From Bacillota bacterium (GTDB taxonomy: Bacteria; Bacillota; Negativicutes; JBAXTZ01): 64,000 nucleotides of DNA. Shown here piece by piece: positions 31,491 to 41,781 of the stretch. Each line of letters starts with the position of its first letter. The first letter of the stretch is position 1. Under the pieces are notes generated by a model that was not told the origin of the DNA, ran no database searches, and was given only the letters and a program-made list of their open reading frames with translations. Location of the stretch: positions 25,155 to 89,154 of the forward strand of contig JBAXTZ010000001.1 of NCBI GenBank assembly GCA_037129925.1. Reading direction: 5' to 3'. A program made the position numbers and the translations under genes.

Positions 31491-33077
31491 TCACATCCCA
31501 TATACTGTAATGACTTTTCCGTTAACCGTTTCCTCGCGGATAAATACTTTCTCATCCCAAGTTTTCCCGGGGGTGCGATCGAATATCAGCAGGTTGCCGT
31601 GGCTGACGCCTGATTTGTCCATGTAATCCGCGGTTTGCGGCAGGGCTTCTGCCAACGTCCGGGTCATGTTGCCGCGCAATATTTTGAGCTCGATAACTTC
31701 TTTTTGGATTGTTGCATCCGGTAATTTCCACTTTACCAGCAAGTCTAACCGCCGCGACCCCAAGGCGTACTCGCGGTTTATTTCGCCACCGCCGTTGACC
31801 ACTCGCTGCAAAAATGCCTGCAAAATTATCTGCGGCGCATACTCAGTATATTCAGTCTTTTTTAACCATATTTCGGAGTTCTCCCGAAAAAAATCTTGAA
31901 AGGCGATTAGCATTTTCTCCATTAACAACGCGCCGCGCTCGTCAATATACCAGACCGCTTGTTGCAATATCGTCGGTTGAATTATCCAGGCCAGCTCGCG
32001 AGGGATTACTTCACGATAGATTTGGTTAGGAATAATCAATTCGCCGCCGATTTTCTGTTCAATCAATCCCATTGCTGCAACATACTCAATATCGTCCGGC
32101 AAGAAATTAGCCGTTTCCACTTCGCCCGCCAATATTGGCTCAATTACCCTCTGCACGCGGGGTTCTTTGAGTTTGTCGATGAGTTGATCAATGTGGGTGC
32201 GCCGCGAATAGATCAACCGCTCCTTGGCATCGGCGAACATTTGCGTTGTGATAAGCGTGGAACGATTTCTGCCGACCTCTTCCCGAAAACATATATCATA
32301 AGCCAATGCGTTTACTAACCACGGTTGACCGCCGGTGTATTCCATAACCTGCGCGTATATCGCGTCTTCAAACTGCTGTCCGGTAGTAATAGTGTGTTGC
32401 TGGTAGAGAAACCGCACCTCGGCTTCAGAAAAGTTGCTCATCGTCAGCGATTCAGCTTTGATATTAAAGGCGCTGCCGCCGGTGATGATTTCCTTGGTGC
32501 CGTGAATACGGTAATCCTTGATGTCGCGCACACCGCACAGCAGTACGCTCTGGGGGAAGTTTTGCGGCCGCAGATCATAGCCGGCGCGCAACTGCCTAAG
32601 CAGCGAAATCAAAGCATCGCCGATAAGCGCATCAGCTTCGTCGATTAACAACACCAATGGTTTGTCCGAACCCGCCGCCCATTTGGATAGCAGTTCTTCC
32701 AGCGCTGAAGCCGGGGAATCAAGATTAACCGCGCCACTAGTTAACAGTCGCGCCGGCAGATCGTCGCCAAGCATCGATTGCGCCCGACTAGCCATTCGCT
32801 CACAAATGGCTTTCATCGCATAACCGATATCTTCGCGGGCGCTTTGCGCGCCCTCAATATTAACATACAGGCATTTGTATTTACCCTGCGCGTTCAAGTA
32901 GCGCATATACGCCAGCAAGCAACTTGTCTTGCCGGTCTGCCGCGCTGCGTGCATCAGGAAATATTTGCGTTGCTCAATGAGCGCAGTTATTTGATGTGAA
33001 TGGAACCGCTCCAACATTGGAACATAGTAATGAATATCCGGCTGAATCGGCCCCTCGGCATTAAAAAATCTTTCCAT
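31491..33077 (-). CDS. AAA-ATPase-like domain protein with C-terminal PD-(D/E)XK nuclease-like domain
   Basis: N-terminal P-loop ARQTGKTS and Walker B LLIDEAD. The C-terminal RRLDLLVKW...EVIELKI resembles the PDDEXK_9 fold. 528 aa. Confidence 0.6.
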   Translation of the reverse strand: MERFFNAEGPIQPDIHYYVPMLERFHSHQITALIEQRKYFLMHAARQTGKTSCLLAYMRYLNAQGKYKCLYVNIEGAQSAREDIGYAMKAICERMASRAQSMLGDDLPARLLTSGAVNLDSPASALEELLSKWAAGSDKPLVLLIDEADALIGDALISLLRQLRAGYDLRPQNFPQSVLLCGVRDIKDYRIHGTKEIITGGSAFNIKAESLTMSNFSEAEVRFLYQQHTITTGQQFEDAIYAQVMEYTGGQPWLVNALAYDICFREEVGRNRSTLITTQMFADAKERLIYSRRTHIDQLIDKLKEPRVQRVIEPILAGEVETANFLPDDIEYVAAMGLIEQKIGGELIIPNQIYREVIPRELAWIIQPTILQQAVWYIDERGALLMEKMLIAFQDFFRENSEIWLKKTEYTEYAPQIILQAFLQRVVNGGGEINREYALGSRRLDLLVKWKLPDATIQKEVIELKILRGNMTRTLAEALPQTADYMDKSGVSHGNLLIFDRTPGKTWDEKVFIREETVNGKVITVYGM

Positions 33078-33116
33078 AGTATCCTCGCTTCATCTGAATT
33101 GATAGATATTAATCAT

Positions 33117-34091
33117 TTACTTCCAACCGGACTGGATTGCGTTTCCGTTTAAAAACCGCCGTACATCCGCCAAAAAGTCTTCGCGCCGCTCGGCATGGTG
33201 CATGTGCGAGGCATTTTTGTAGACGAAGAAGCGCGCATCCGGCAGCAGCGATTGATAATATGCTGTCGCTGCCGGTGTTGCTTCATCATATTCGCCGCAG
33301 GTCAGCAACACTGGAATTTTGATTTGGGCGAGTTTTGCTGTTACATCAAAGTTTCGTAAAGTACCGGTTGCCGTAAATTCGCTTGGTCCCCACATGTATT
33401 GATACTCGGCTACGCCCAGTTTATTCAATGCCCGGATAGCGTAGTCCGGCCAGGGAATACGGCAAACGTGTAACGAATAGAACAGCTGCAACGCTTGCTG
33501 ATACTGCGAGCTTTCATAATCGCCGCGCAATTCGCAATCGTTGATAATTGCTTGAGTGGCCGGCGGCAACGTCGCAACCAACGCCTTAGTGTCGGCAATA
33601 AAGCGCGGCGCCGATAGCGCCGGCCCGGCAAAAATTACTGCCTCAACGCCGGTTGGTGCAGCATCCTGGGTCAAATACGCCGCTGCCAACATACTACCCC
33701 AGGATTGTCCGAGCAAATAGCAACGTACAATTCCCAGTTGTTGTCGCAACGTGTCCAATTCAACAATAAACCGCTCGACCCGCCATAAATTAGTGTCGCT
33801 AGGAATATCCGAATTGCCGCAGCCCAGCTGATCATAAAAAATAACCGGCCGCTCATCAGCCAGCTCCTCTAGCGGTTGCAGATAGTCATGCGGCATCCCC
33901 GGTCCGCCGTGGATACAAATCAACGGAATGCCCTTGGCGTCCGGATTGACAATTTTGTACCAGATATTGCCACCCGGCACAGCAATTTTCCCTTCGCGTT
34001 CGGGAAGTTTTTCGACACCGGCCGCCGCCGCATTACGTGTCGACAGCAGGAAAACCACCGCGCAAATTATCAACAATCCCAATCTCAACAT
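33117..34091 (-). CDS. secreted alpha/beta hydrolase of the prolyl aminopeptidase (S33) family
   Basis: Signal peptide, HGGPGMPHDY oxyanion region, GQSWGS nucleophile elbow. Confidence 0.75.
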   Translation of the reverse strand: MLRLGLLIICAVVFLLSTRNAAAAGVEKLPEREGKIAVPGGNIWYKIVNPDAKGIPLICIHGGPGMPHDYLQPLEELADERPVIFYDQLGCGNSDIPSDTNLWRVERFIVELDTLRQQLGIVRCYLLGQSWGSMLAAAYLTQDAAPTGVEAVIFAGPALSAPRFIADTKALVATLPPATQAIINDCELRGDYESSQYQQALQLFYSLHVCRIPWPDYAIRALNKLGVAEYQYMWGPSEFTATGTLRNFDVTAKLAQIKIPVLLTCGEYDEATPAATAYYQSLLPDARFFVYKNASHMHHAERREDFLADVRRFLNGNAIQSGWK

Positions 34092-34122
34092 CGCAAACCT
34101 CGCTATTCAACTATTATTACTG

Positions 34123-35361
34123 TTATTGTCGTTGCCGGTAAATCACTCCGGCTTTCATGACAAAGTCCACTGCTTCGGTAACAGAAATCTTCTCAAACGG
34201 ATTACCCGGCATTGCCACCATGTCGGCACACTTGCCAACAGCTATACAGCCGCAATCATTGAGCTGCAACAGCTCCGCCGCAACCGAAGTCGCCGCCCTG
34301 AGCGCCCGCAACGGCGTAAAGCCGTTATTGACCATTTCGGAAAACTCCACCGCCCCGTTAATAGTAAAATCAAAAGTCCCGATATCTGTGCCAAAAGCAA
34401 TCTTTGCGTTGCTAGCCGCGACATTCCGCGCGCATTCGAGAATTCGGTCCCGATAAAAACGCCCCTTGGCCCGCACCACCGGGTTGGGCCAGCGCGCGTC
34501 ATTGTCGATGTCGCGAATTCCGGCCACTATCGGATATTGCGTCGGCACAATATAAATACCTTTGACCGCGAGCAACTCCAATGTTTCTTTGGATGCAAGA
34601 TTGGCATGTTCTACCGACCGGACTCCGGCAACCGCCGCCCGGCGCACCGCCTCGTCGCCATAGGCATGAACAAATACTGCCTTACCCATATCCCGGGCTG
34701 CCGCGACAATAGCGTTCATCTCGATCTGTGAATAGCCAATGTCTTCCGGCCCGTCACTCGGCGAGCCAAAACCGCCGCTACCGGCGAATTTTATCCAGTC
34801 AGCTCCGCGCAACACTTCCTGATGCACCAGCCGCCGCACGTTATCCACTCCCTCGGCAACATTAATTTGTTTTAAATCTGCATGACTGTTTACCATCGCG
34901 CCAAAATCCATATGCCCGCCAACTGCCGAGAGCATATGCCCGCCGCAAACTATCCGCGGACCGGCAATTGAACCGTCGGCAACCGCTCGTTTCAAATCCG
35001 GAACAACCCAGGAATTATAGCTGAAATCAGCGGCATCGCGCACCGTAGTAAAGCCATTAGCCAACAACTTCTTACAGGCATCCACACCGGCGAGCGTGAA
35101 TGCCGCAGCGGAAGCGCCGATAATATTGGCAATAATCCTGCTGTTGCTAGTCAAATGCACATGGCAATCAATAAATCCCGGCATTACGAATTCATTAGTC
35201 AGATCGATTATTTTTGCGGTATCCGGTCGCTCGACCGTTTTACCGATTTGCACAATTTTACCGTCACAAATAACGATTTCCGCATAGCCAAGCGGTTTTT
35301 CTGCCAAACCGTCCCAGTAATTACCGGCCAAAACAATCAAATGGTCGCTCATATTTTTCAA
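34123..35361 (-). CDS. amidohydrolase family protein
   Basis: PGFIDCHVHL metal-binding motif, 412 aa. Confidence 0.75.
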   Translation of the reverse strand: MKNMSDHLIVLAGNYWDGLAEKPLGYAEIVICDGKIVQIGKTVERPDTAKIIDLTNEFVMPGFIDCHVHLTSNSRIIANIIGASAAAFTLAGVDACKKLLANGFTTVRDAADFSYNSWVVPDLKRAVADGSIAGPRIVCGGHMLSAVGGHMDFGAMVNSHADLKQINVAEGVDNVRRLVHQEVLRGADWIKFAGSGGFGSPSDGPEDIGYSQIEMNAIVAAARDMGKAVFVHAYGDEAVRRAAVAGVRSVEHANLASKETLELLAVKGIYIVPTQYPIVAGIRDIDNDARWPNPVVRAKGRFYRDRILECARNVAASNAKIAFGTDIGTFDFTINGAVEFSEMVNNGFTPLRALRAATSVAAELLQLNDCGCIAVGKCADMVAMPGNPFEKISVTEAVDFVMKAGVIYRQRQ

Positions 35362-35381
35362 CTTCCTCTAATCCATTAATA

Positions 35382-36764
35382 CTATCCTTCAAAGCCGTTA
35401 TTATCGTGCACGGTCTTGAACCAATAGCCGCTGTCTTTGATAATGCGCTTTAGATTGTCGGCGCGGTCGACCCGGATTAAGCCGTAGACGTTGCGGTAAC
35501 CGTTTCGCCAGCTAAAACAGTCCAGCCCGGTCCACATCTGATAACCAAAAACATTCATACCCTCGCTGATCGCTTTGTGCGCGGCAATCAAATGATCACG
35601 GACATATTCGATGCGCACGGCATCATGGACGCGGTCGCCATCGACAAATTCCTGTTCTTTTTCAACGCGAATCCCCATACCGTTTTCAGAAATGATGCAG
35701 GGAATATTCCCATACATTTTTTTCAGCGCCGAAAGCAGGTCATAGATACCTTCGGGATATATTTCCCAGCCGCGGTCGCTGCGCGGCACATCCGGCAACT
35801 CGACTACCGTGTACCAATCCCGAAAACTGCTCTTAACCAACGGCCCGGCAGCAATTCGCCTAGGCGCGTAATAATTGACACCCAGAAAATCCACCCGTGA
35901 TGCCTCGTCGGCAATCAGTTCCAAATCACCTGGCCGAATAATCGGCAGCAGTCCTTCGCTGGTAATAAATTCTATCAACTCCGGCTGAAAGTAGCCGCGC
36001 AATAGCGGGTGCAAATAGCTGTAAGTATGCAACATATCCGCCAATTGAGCGGCTTCGCGGTCAGCATCGCTATCGCTCGCCGGGTAGGACGGCGCCATGA
36101 CCATAATCACGCCGATTTGCCCCGGACATTTCAGCCGATGAAATTCATTGATCGTTTCAACATTGGACATCAGCGCGTTATGCGCCGCCTGCACAGTGCG
36201 CTTGGCATCCTCAGCCTGAGGATAGTTTATACCAAATAAATAACTTACTTCGACTTGACCGAGCGGCTCATTCTGGGTAAACCAATATTTCACTTTGCTG
36301 CCAAATTCCTGAAAACACACTTTGGCATATTCGACAAAGTAATCGGCGACCAACCGATTTTCCCAGCCGCCAATTTTCAGCAACTCATAAGGAATATCGA
36401 AATGATAGAGATTTACGAACGGCTCAATGCCGTTGGCGAGCAATTCATCGATTAATTTGTGATAGAATTCTACACCTTTGGCATTAACTGCGCCTCGACC
36501 GGTCGGCATAATGCGCGGCCAGCTGATAGAAATCCGATAAGAGTTATGTCCGGTCTGTTTTAATAGCTGAATGTCTTCGCGAAAGCGATGGTAAAAATCA
36601 CAGGCGATTTCCGGCGTTGCCTGTTGCCAGAATTTATCCGGATCAGTTTCCGACCACCAGTCCCACAGCGATTTACCCTTGCCATCTTCAGCCGCTGCCC
36701 CTTCGGTTTGCGGACCCGAAGCTGCCGTTCCCCAGAAAAAACCTTTAGGAAATTCGTATTTCAT
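35382..36764 (-). CDS. glycoside hydrolase family 1 (beta-glucosidase / 6-phospho-beta-glucosidase)
   Basis: FPKGFFWGTAASGPQTEG N-terminus, NEP acid/base motif, ISENG nucleophile motif. Confidence 0.85.
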   Translation of the reverse strand: MKYEFPKGFFWGTAASGPQTEGAAAEDGKGKSLWDWWSETDPDKFWQQATPEIACDFYHRFREDIQLLKQTGHNSYRISISWPRIMPTGRGAVNAKGVEFYHKLIDELLANGIEPFVNLYHFDIPYELLKIGGWENRLVADYFVEYAKVCFQEFGSKVKYWFTQNEPLGQVEVSYLFGINYPQAEDAKRTVQAAHNALMSNVETINEFHRLKCPGQIGVIMVMAPSYPASDSDADREAAQLADMLHTYSYLHPLLRGYFQPELIEFITSEGLLPIIRPGDLELIADEASRVDFLGVNYYAPRRIAAGPLVKSSFRDWYTVVELPDVPRSDRGWEIYPEGIYDLLSALKKMYGNIPCIISENGMGIRVEKEQEFVDGDRVHDAVRIEYVRDHLIAAHKAISEGMNVFGYQMWTGLDCFSWRNGYRNVYGLIRVDRADNLKRIIKDSGYWFKTVHDNNGFEG

Positions 36765-36830
36765 ACTGCCCCCCTACTATCCGCCGGTTTGTGAAGTTGA
36801 TAGTTACAATAATAGCACGACCGGGGTACT

Positions 36831-36879
36831 TTAACAATAAACCGTGCATCGACCAATGGCCGATACACGGTTTATTGTT
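36831..36879 (-). terminator. hairpin terminator downstream of dapD
   Basis: Perfect 14-bp stem (aacaataaaccgtg / cacggtttattgtt) with a 21-nt loop, 7 nt beyond the dapD stop. Confidence 0.5.
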
Positions 36880-36885
36880 TGCTCA

Positions 36886-37620
36886 TTATCTTAAAACATC
36901 TTCCAGCACCAACGCGGCGTTAGTTTTGGCATCGCGGTATTTGACAATTATCGCGCAATTTAAGCTTAAACCCTCGGTTTCCGCCCAGATACTGCTGGTA
37001 ATTTTCCGGGTACCGGGTACAACCACGGCGTATTCCGGTATTTCACCCTTGATAATCGTTTCGTTGATGACATCATATATTGGCACCGCAGCCGATAGCG
37101 TTACTCCGGGGGCAATGACCGCCCCTTGACGCACCAAAATCCCTTCCATCAATATCGCGCCGGCGCCAACGAAACAGTCGTCTTCAACAATGACCGGACG
37201 GTTGCCAACCGGCTCAAGAACGCCACCAATCTGCACCCCCGCTGCCAGATGTATCCGTTTGCCTATCTGAGCGCAGGAACCAATCAAAACGTGGCTATCA
37301 ATCATCGAACCTTCATCGACAAACGCGCCGATATTGACATAGGACGGTGGCATAATAACCACATTTTTGCCGATATGCGCGCCACTTCGTACCGCGCTAC
37401 CGCCCGGCACCATCCGCACCGCATCGACTTCGGTAAACGTGCGTGGTGCAAGCGGTTGTTTGTCGCGAAATCCACCGGGCATATCGACAACCGGCGTATT
37501 CCGAAAAACTTCCAATATCCGCTGCTTTACTTCGGCGTTAACCTGCCAGTCATTTCCAACTTTAGTGGCAACACGCGCTGCTCCGCTCTCTAACTCTGCG
37601 AGAAAAGTTCTATAGCTCAC
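36886..37620 (-). CDS. dapD: 2,3,4,5-tetrahydropyridine-2,6-dicarboxylate N-succinyltransferase
   Basis: Near-collinear with E. coli DapD, including PSYVNIGAFVDEGSMIDSHVLIGSCAQIGK and the hexapeptide repeats. A GTG start at 37620 is preceded by GGGAGG. The track ORF begins at a TTG further upstream. Confidence 0.85.
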   Translation of the reverse strand: MSYRTFLAELESGAARVATKVGNDWQVNAEVKQRILEVFRNTPVVDMPGGFRDKQPLAPRTFTEVDAVRMVPGGSAVRSGAHIGKNVVIMPPSYVNIGAFVDEGSMIDSHVLIGSCAQIGKRIHLAAGVQIGGVLEPVGNRPVIVEDDCFVGAGAILMEGILVRQGAVIAPGVTLSAAVPIYDVINETIIKGEIPEYAVVVPGTRKITSSIWAETEGLSLNCAIIVKYRDAKTNAALVLEDVLR

Positions 37621-38491
37621 CCGCTGCCTCCCAGTTTTCAATGCGATCGCGATATTCCATCAACGGCAACCGCGACGGCAAATCTTCCATGCTCAGCGGC
37701 AACCGGACGGTGTCCGAAGTAATTATGCCCATATCTTGCATAAGCGCTTTTACCGGAATCGGGTTACTGGCAGTAAACATCGCCTTGCAAGCGTGCCACC
37801 AAATTCGGGACGGAATTTTACCGCCCTTCAAGCAATGTTTGACATAACGTCTGGTTGCTTCGGGCCAGGCATTGGCGATTACCGAAATCAAGCCACAGCT
37901 ACCCTCGGCGGCCGTAGCCGACATCATATAATCATCACCGCAATATACCGCAATTTCCGGCGCAACAGTTTTATATTCCACGATACTATCCACAACACCG
38001 CTGGAATCTTTGATTGCCTCAAAACGCTCATGTCCGCGTAGATTACGGACGGCTTCCGGGTGCAGCCGCACGGCGGCACGCCCGGGTATATTATAAAGTA
38101 TTGCCGGATGCGCGGCTTTGTCAAGCATCGCTTCATACCAATGCGTCTGCCCCATCACTCCCGGTTTTGTATAAATCGGCGTTGTTAATAAATAGCCCTG
38201 TATCGGCAAACTATTGCAAAAATCCAACCATTCCAGCGCCGAGTAAAAATTGTGACTGGGTACGCCGATAACTAGTTGGGTCTGCAAATTCAACCCGCAA
38301 GCAAATTCAGCGATTTCGCGCCGCTCTTTGTTGGTGAATGATAGCCCCTCGCCGGTGCTTCCCATCAAAACTATGCCATTGCCGCTTTTTTCCTGGCGTC
38401 TTAAACAGTTCTCCAGGCTCGGGTAGTCAACGGCGCTGCCGTCGGCGGTAAAAGGTGTAACTGTAGCTGTCCATAAAATCTGTTCTAACAT
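37610..38491 (-). CDS. dapA: 4-hydroxy-tetrahydrodipicolinate synthase
   Basis: DapA/NAL family pattern (VTPF..., GSTGEG). The ATG at 38491 is preceded by AGGAGG. Overlaps dapD by 11 nt. Confidence 0.8.
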   Translation of the reverse strand: MLEQILWTATVTPFTADGSAVDYPSLENCLRRQEKSGNGIVLMGSTGEGLSFTNKERREIAEFACGLNLQTQLVIGVPSHNFYSALEWLDFCNSLPIQGYLLTTPIYTKPGVMGQTHWYEAMLDKAAHPAILYNIPGRAAVRLHPEAVRNLRGHERFEAIKDSSGVVDSIVEYKTVAPEIAVYCGDDYMMSATAAEGSCGLISVIANAWPEATRRYVKHCLKGGKIPSRIWWHACKAMFTASNPIPVKALMQDMGIITSDTVRLPLSMEDLPSRLPLMEYRDRIENWEAAGEL

Positions 38492-38501
38492 CAAAGTCCT
38501 C

Positions 38502-39377
38502 CTATAGATTATCAATACATTTCATGAATTGGCCGCGAATACGGTTAGTAAGCTCGCCTGGCTTAAACCGCCAAGTCTTACCAAAGCCGTCCACGCTGCC
38601 AACCGGCAATATTTCAATTGCTGTTCCGGTTAAAAACGCTTCTTGCATAGTTCCTAAATCCTCCCATTTTATTTTCGTTTCGCAGACTTCGATGCCCAAA
38701 CTTCTTGCGATTTCGATGCATGTCAGTCTCGTGATACCATTAAGAAAACAATCTGGTCGCGGCGTATATAATTTGCCATTGCCGACAAAAAAGATATTGG
38801 AACTAGAGGCTTCGGCGATATTATCTTCACAATCCAGCATTAACGCGTCATCATATCCGGCAAGCTCTGAAGCCCGTTTGCTAATCGCCGAAATCCCATA
38901 CAAACAAGCCGCCTTGCTATGCACCGGCGCGGTACGCGGATCGGGTCGCCGCCAGTCGGCAACTGTCAATCTCATTCCCTCGGTGAAATAGCGCTCCACA
39001 TGAATCGGTGGACGCTCCCAAATGCCAATTGCGGTATGCACATCGGTTCCGTCGTGCGATACCGTCATTTTTTGACTGCCAATCCAGACCAATGCCCGCA
39101 CATAACCCTGCTTGTAGCCACCTAATTCAACTATTTGCTCAGTGGCGTGAACTAACTCGGTCGCTGTATAGGGAATTTTGTAACCCATATAACCTGCCGA
39201 GGTGTGTAAGCGTTGATAATGCTCAAGCGATTTGAAAACTTTGCCGTCATAGGTACGCAGCCCTTCGAAAATACTGCTGGCATAGTGCAACGAATGGGTC
39301 ATGATATGGACGCGGGCCTCAACCCACGGAACAATCCGGCCATCTATCCAAATATGACCGGGCATATTGTCAAACAT
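38502..39377 (-). CDS. class IV (fold type IV) aminotransferase, BCAT/DAAT-like
   Basis: 291 aa with the pattern typical of branched-chain and D-amino-acid aminotransferases (SSIFEGLRTY...). Sits between dapB and dapA. Confidence 0.7.
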   Translation of the reverse strand: MFDNMPGHIWIDGRIVPWVEARVHIMTHSLHYASSIFEGLRTYDGKVFKSLEHYQRLHTSAGYMGYKIPYTATELVHATEQIVELGGYKQGYVRALVWIGSQKMTVSHDGTDVHTAIGIWERPPIHVERYFTEGMRLTVADWRRPDPRTAPVHSKAACLYGISAISKRASELAGYDDALMLDCEDNIAEASSSNIFFVGNGKLYTPRPDCFLNGITRLTCIEIARSLGIEVCETKIKWEDLGTMQEAFLTGTAIEILPVGSVDGFGKTWRFKPGELTNRIRGQFMKCIDNL

Positions 39378-39466
39378 TTTTACCTCGCTCTATCTAGTTG
39401 ATCTTTAATAACTGGTTAAGTATTATCCCTTCATGATAAATTACAGAAAGGCACTCGTCAAGAATT

Positions 39467-40219
39467 TTATTGCAAATCCAGCACATCCGCCATGCCATAG
39501 CTGCCCGGAACAGGTTCATTTTCGTTTAGCCAGCGGACAATCCGCACTGCTCCTTTAGCAAAAAGTTTTCGGTCAAAAGCTATATGCTGAACAGTTATCA
39601 TCTCTTCTAAACTGGTGAAACTGACCGCGTGGTCACCCGGTAAATTTCCACTGCGCACAACTTCCATGCCCACATAGTTATCCGGGCGCGGACCTTCATT
39701 AAGTGTATGGGTGTTGTAGTCAGCGGCAAAAACCGCGTGTTTGACCCGTTTGATTTCATTAAACATGGTCATTGCGGTGCCGGACGGGCAATCCACCTTG
39801 TTACGGTGGTGTTTTTCAATAATATCAATATCGTAATCAGCGCCAAGCACGCCGGCTAGTTTGCGCACCAGATAGCGTTGCAAAAAAGCGCCGACACTGG
39901 TATTGGTCGCAATAACTACCGGAACTATAGCGCTCAAGCGGTCTAGCTGCTCCTGATAGTTCGCCATCGCCCAACCGGTGGTGCAGATAATCAGCGGCTT
40001 GGGATTGTCCAATGCCGCCTGGAGTAGGTCACCAATCAAGCTGGCATTAGAGAAATCGATAACGAAATCGTTTTTTTCAAAAACCGTTGCCAACTCCACG
40101 TGTGGCTCTTGACCCAAACCAAAGCCTGGTCCGACCGCGTATTCGCTGTGATTTATTACATCCGCCAGCACCCCGCCCATACGGCCGGTACTGCCGACTA
40201 TCCCGATAGTTTTTTTCAT
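39467..40219 (-). CDS. dapB: 4-hydroxy-tetrahydrodipicolinate reductase
   Basis: MKKTIGIVGSTGRMG NAD(P)-binding N-terminus, 250 aa. Confidence 0.85.
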   Translation of the reverse strand: MKKTIGIVGSTGRMGGVLADVINHSEYAVGPGFGLGQEPHVELATVFEKNDFVIDFSNASLIGDLLQAALDNPKPLIICTTGWAMANYQEQLDRLSAIVPVVIATNTSVGAFLQRYLVRKLAGVLGADYDIDIIEKHHRNKVDCPSGTAMTMFNEIKRVKHAVFAADYNTHTLNEGPRPDNYVGMEVVRSGNLPGDHAVSFTSLEEMITVQHIAFDRKLFAKGAVRIVRWLNENEPVPGSYGMADVLDLQ

Positions 40220-40363
40220 AATTATCTCCTAAATCGTCTTTTAGTAGCCTTAACCTATATTAAACTATTTAGCCATTATTGTAAATAGCGTGAAATAGCA
40301 GCAATAAAGATTGCCGGACAGCGGCGTATATAATAAAATGGTTACAAAAACTAGGAGAACCAT

Positions 40364-41296
40364 ATGAAAAAAACAACCTTCGGTATTGTCGCGCTTTTTG
40401 TTATGCTATTTGCCGCAATCGCCGTTTCGGCAGTCGAGCCAACAAACCCGGCTGAACAACCTTCGATGATTACCATCGCCGCGGCCGAACTGCCGGGCGC
40501 CAAGCTTCCGACTGATGACCAAATGACCGCCATCTCCAAACGCATCGAAAATCCGGTCAACAAAATTTCCACCCTGCCCTTTACCTATCAAGTATTTACC
40601 GGTAACGGGTTGAACAGCGACGGCTCTGAGGGCAATCAACTGCAAAATCAACTGTACCTCAAACCAGTATTGCCGTTTTTAATTAACAAGGATTGGATGT
40701 TTATATCCCGAACGGTAATTCCAATTAGTATTAGCACACCCAATTATACCAATCAGGGAGTTGGGGCCAGCTCAGGTTACACATCCGGTATCGGCAACAT
40801 TACATTGTCCGGATTTCTTACGCCGCGCGATCAAGACAGCAAATTGCTCTGGGGAATCGGTCCGGTAGTTTCCACGCCGACCGCAACTAATCTTAGCACC
40901 GGCAATTTTGACTGGGGACTGGGGCCAACCGTAATGGCGGTCTATCGTAGCGGTCCCTGGGTGGTAGGCTCAATTATCAACAACGTCTGGTCGGTCGGTT
41001 CAACCAATAGTACGGAAAACAAACTGGACTGGCAATTTTTTGCTCACTATAATCTTTCAAACGGCTGGGCAATCTCCACCGCTCCGGAAATATTCGCCAA
41101 TTGGACAGCCACGACCAGCGACAATCGTTATACCCTGCCGCTCGGTTTGGGTGTTAGCAAAACATTTAAAATCGGCGAGCAAATCTGCAACGCCGGCATC
41201 CAGCAATATTATTACGCGCTCCATCCCGACAACGGACCGCAATACATGACCCAAGTTTCCTTTTCACTGGTGTTTCCGGATTACTCCAGTAAATAG
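40364..41296 (+). CDS. secreted / outer-membrane-like hypothetical protein
   Basis: Cleavable signal peptide (MKKTTFGIVALFVMLFAAIAVSA) and a Gly/Ser/Thr/Asn-rich beta-strand-like composition, 310 aa. Confidence 0.45.
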   Translation: MKKTTFGIVALFVMLFAAIAVSAVEPTNPAEQPSMITIAAAELPGAKLPTDDQMTAISKRIENPVNKISTLPFTYQVFTGNGLNSDGSEGNQLQNQLYLKPVLPFLINKDWMFISRTVIPISISTPNYTNQGVGASSGYTSGIGNITLSGFLTPRDQDSKLLWGIGPVVSTPTATNLSTGNFDWGLGPTVMAVYRSGPWVVGSIINNVWSVGSTNSTENKLDWQFFAHYNLSNGWAISTAPEIFANWTATTSDNRYTLPLGLGVSKTFKIGEQICNAGIQQYYYALHPDNGPQYMTQVSFSLVFPDYSSK

Positions 41297-41514
41297 GCTT
41301 TCATAAGTCGAGCTGTTTATTCGTGAGCGTTCTGTTGCTTCAAAGCCGCAGTGCTTTTGAGTACATTATCCGTAGTCATCGACTACGTCGGCATCCGCCT
41401 CGCCAACATCAGCGCCACCCACCTGATCGCCGCTCTCGGCGGCAGGTATATTGATTCCGCGCTCAACTCGCCAAAAGGCGAGCCGCCGGGTGCCAAATAG
41501 CCATATCAGCAAAA

Positions 41515-41560
41515 AACGCCGTCTGAACGATTCATTTCGTCCGGACGGCGTTTTATCATT
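41515..41560. terminator. bidirectional hairpin terminator
   Basis: gccgtc...gacggc stem flanked by an A-run upstream and a T-run downstream. Lies between convergent genes. Confidence 0.4.
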
Positions 41561-41760
41561 CGGCTTTTGCTCATCAGATCACAATAGAAATCTTCGATGT
41601 CAAACTTCATTTTTGCCGCCAGACCTGAGGTTACTGCCTCTCCTTTGAGCGCAATGTCCACGTCCGAGGCTCCTTTGTATGTACCGAGCGCCCGCGAGCC
41701 AAACAGTACTGCTTCATTTACCTCAGTGTAGCTTTTAATAAACGTAATTATTTCCGCTAA
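41525..41760 (-). pseudogene. nucleotidyltransferase (MNT/KNTase-type) fragment lacking a start codon
   Basis: Minus-strand frame reads ...LAEIITFIKSYTEVNEAVLFGSRALGTYKGASDVDIALKGE..., the GS-X9-13-DxD nucleotidyltransferase motif. There is no in-frame ATG/GTG/TTG after the preceding stop, and the 3' end runs into the terminator hairpin. Confidence 0.5.
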
Positions 41761-41781
41761 TTGCCCTCACTTAAACTATAT

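Noticed and set aside
40220-40363. Looked for a lysine (L-box) riboswitch upstream of the dapB operon
   Set aside because: The 144-nt leader is AT-rich without the conserved L-box helices or the GAGGCGC core, so no riboswitch is called.
41323-41470. Plus-strand frame reading ...VLLSTLSVVIDYVGIRLANISATHLIAALGGRYIDSALNSPKGEPPGAK, resembling a protein C-terminal fragment
   Set aside because: No start codon and under 60 codons. It may be another gene remnant in the decayed island, but the evidence is too weak to call.
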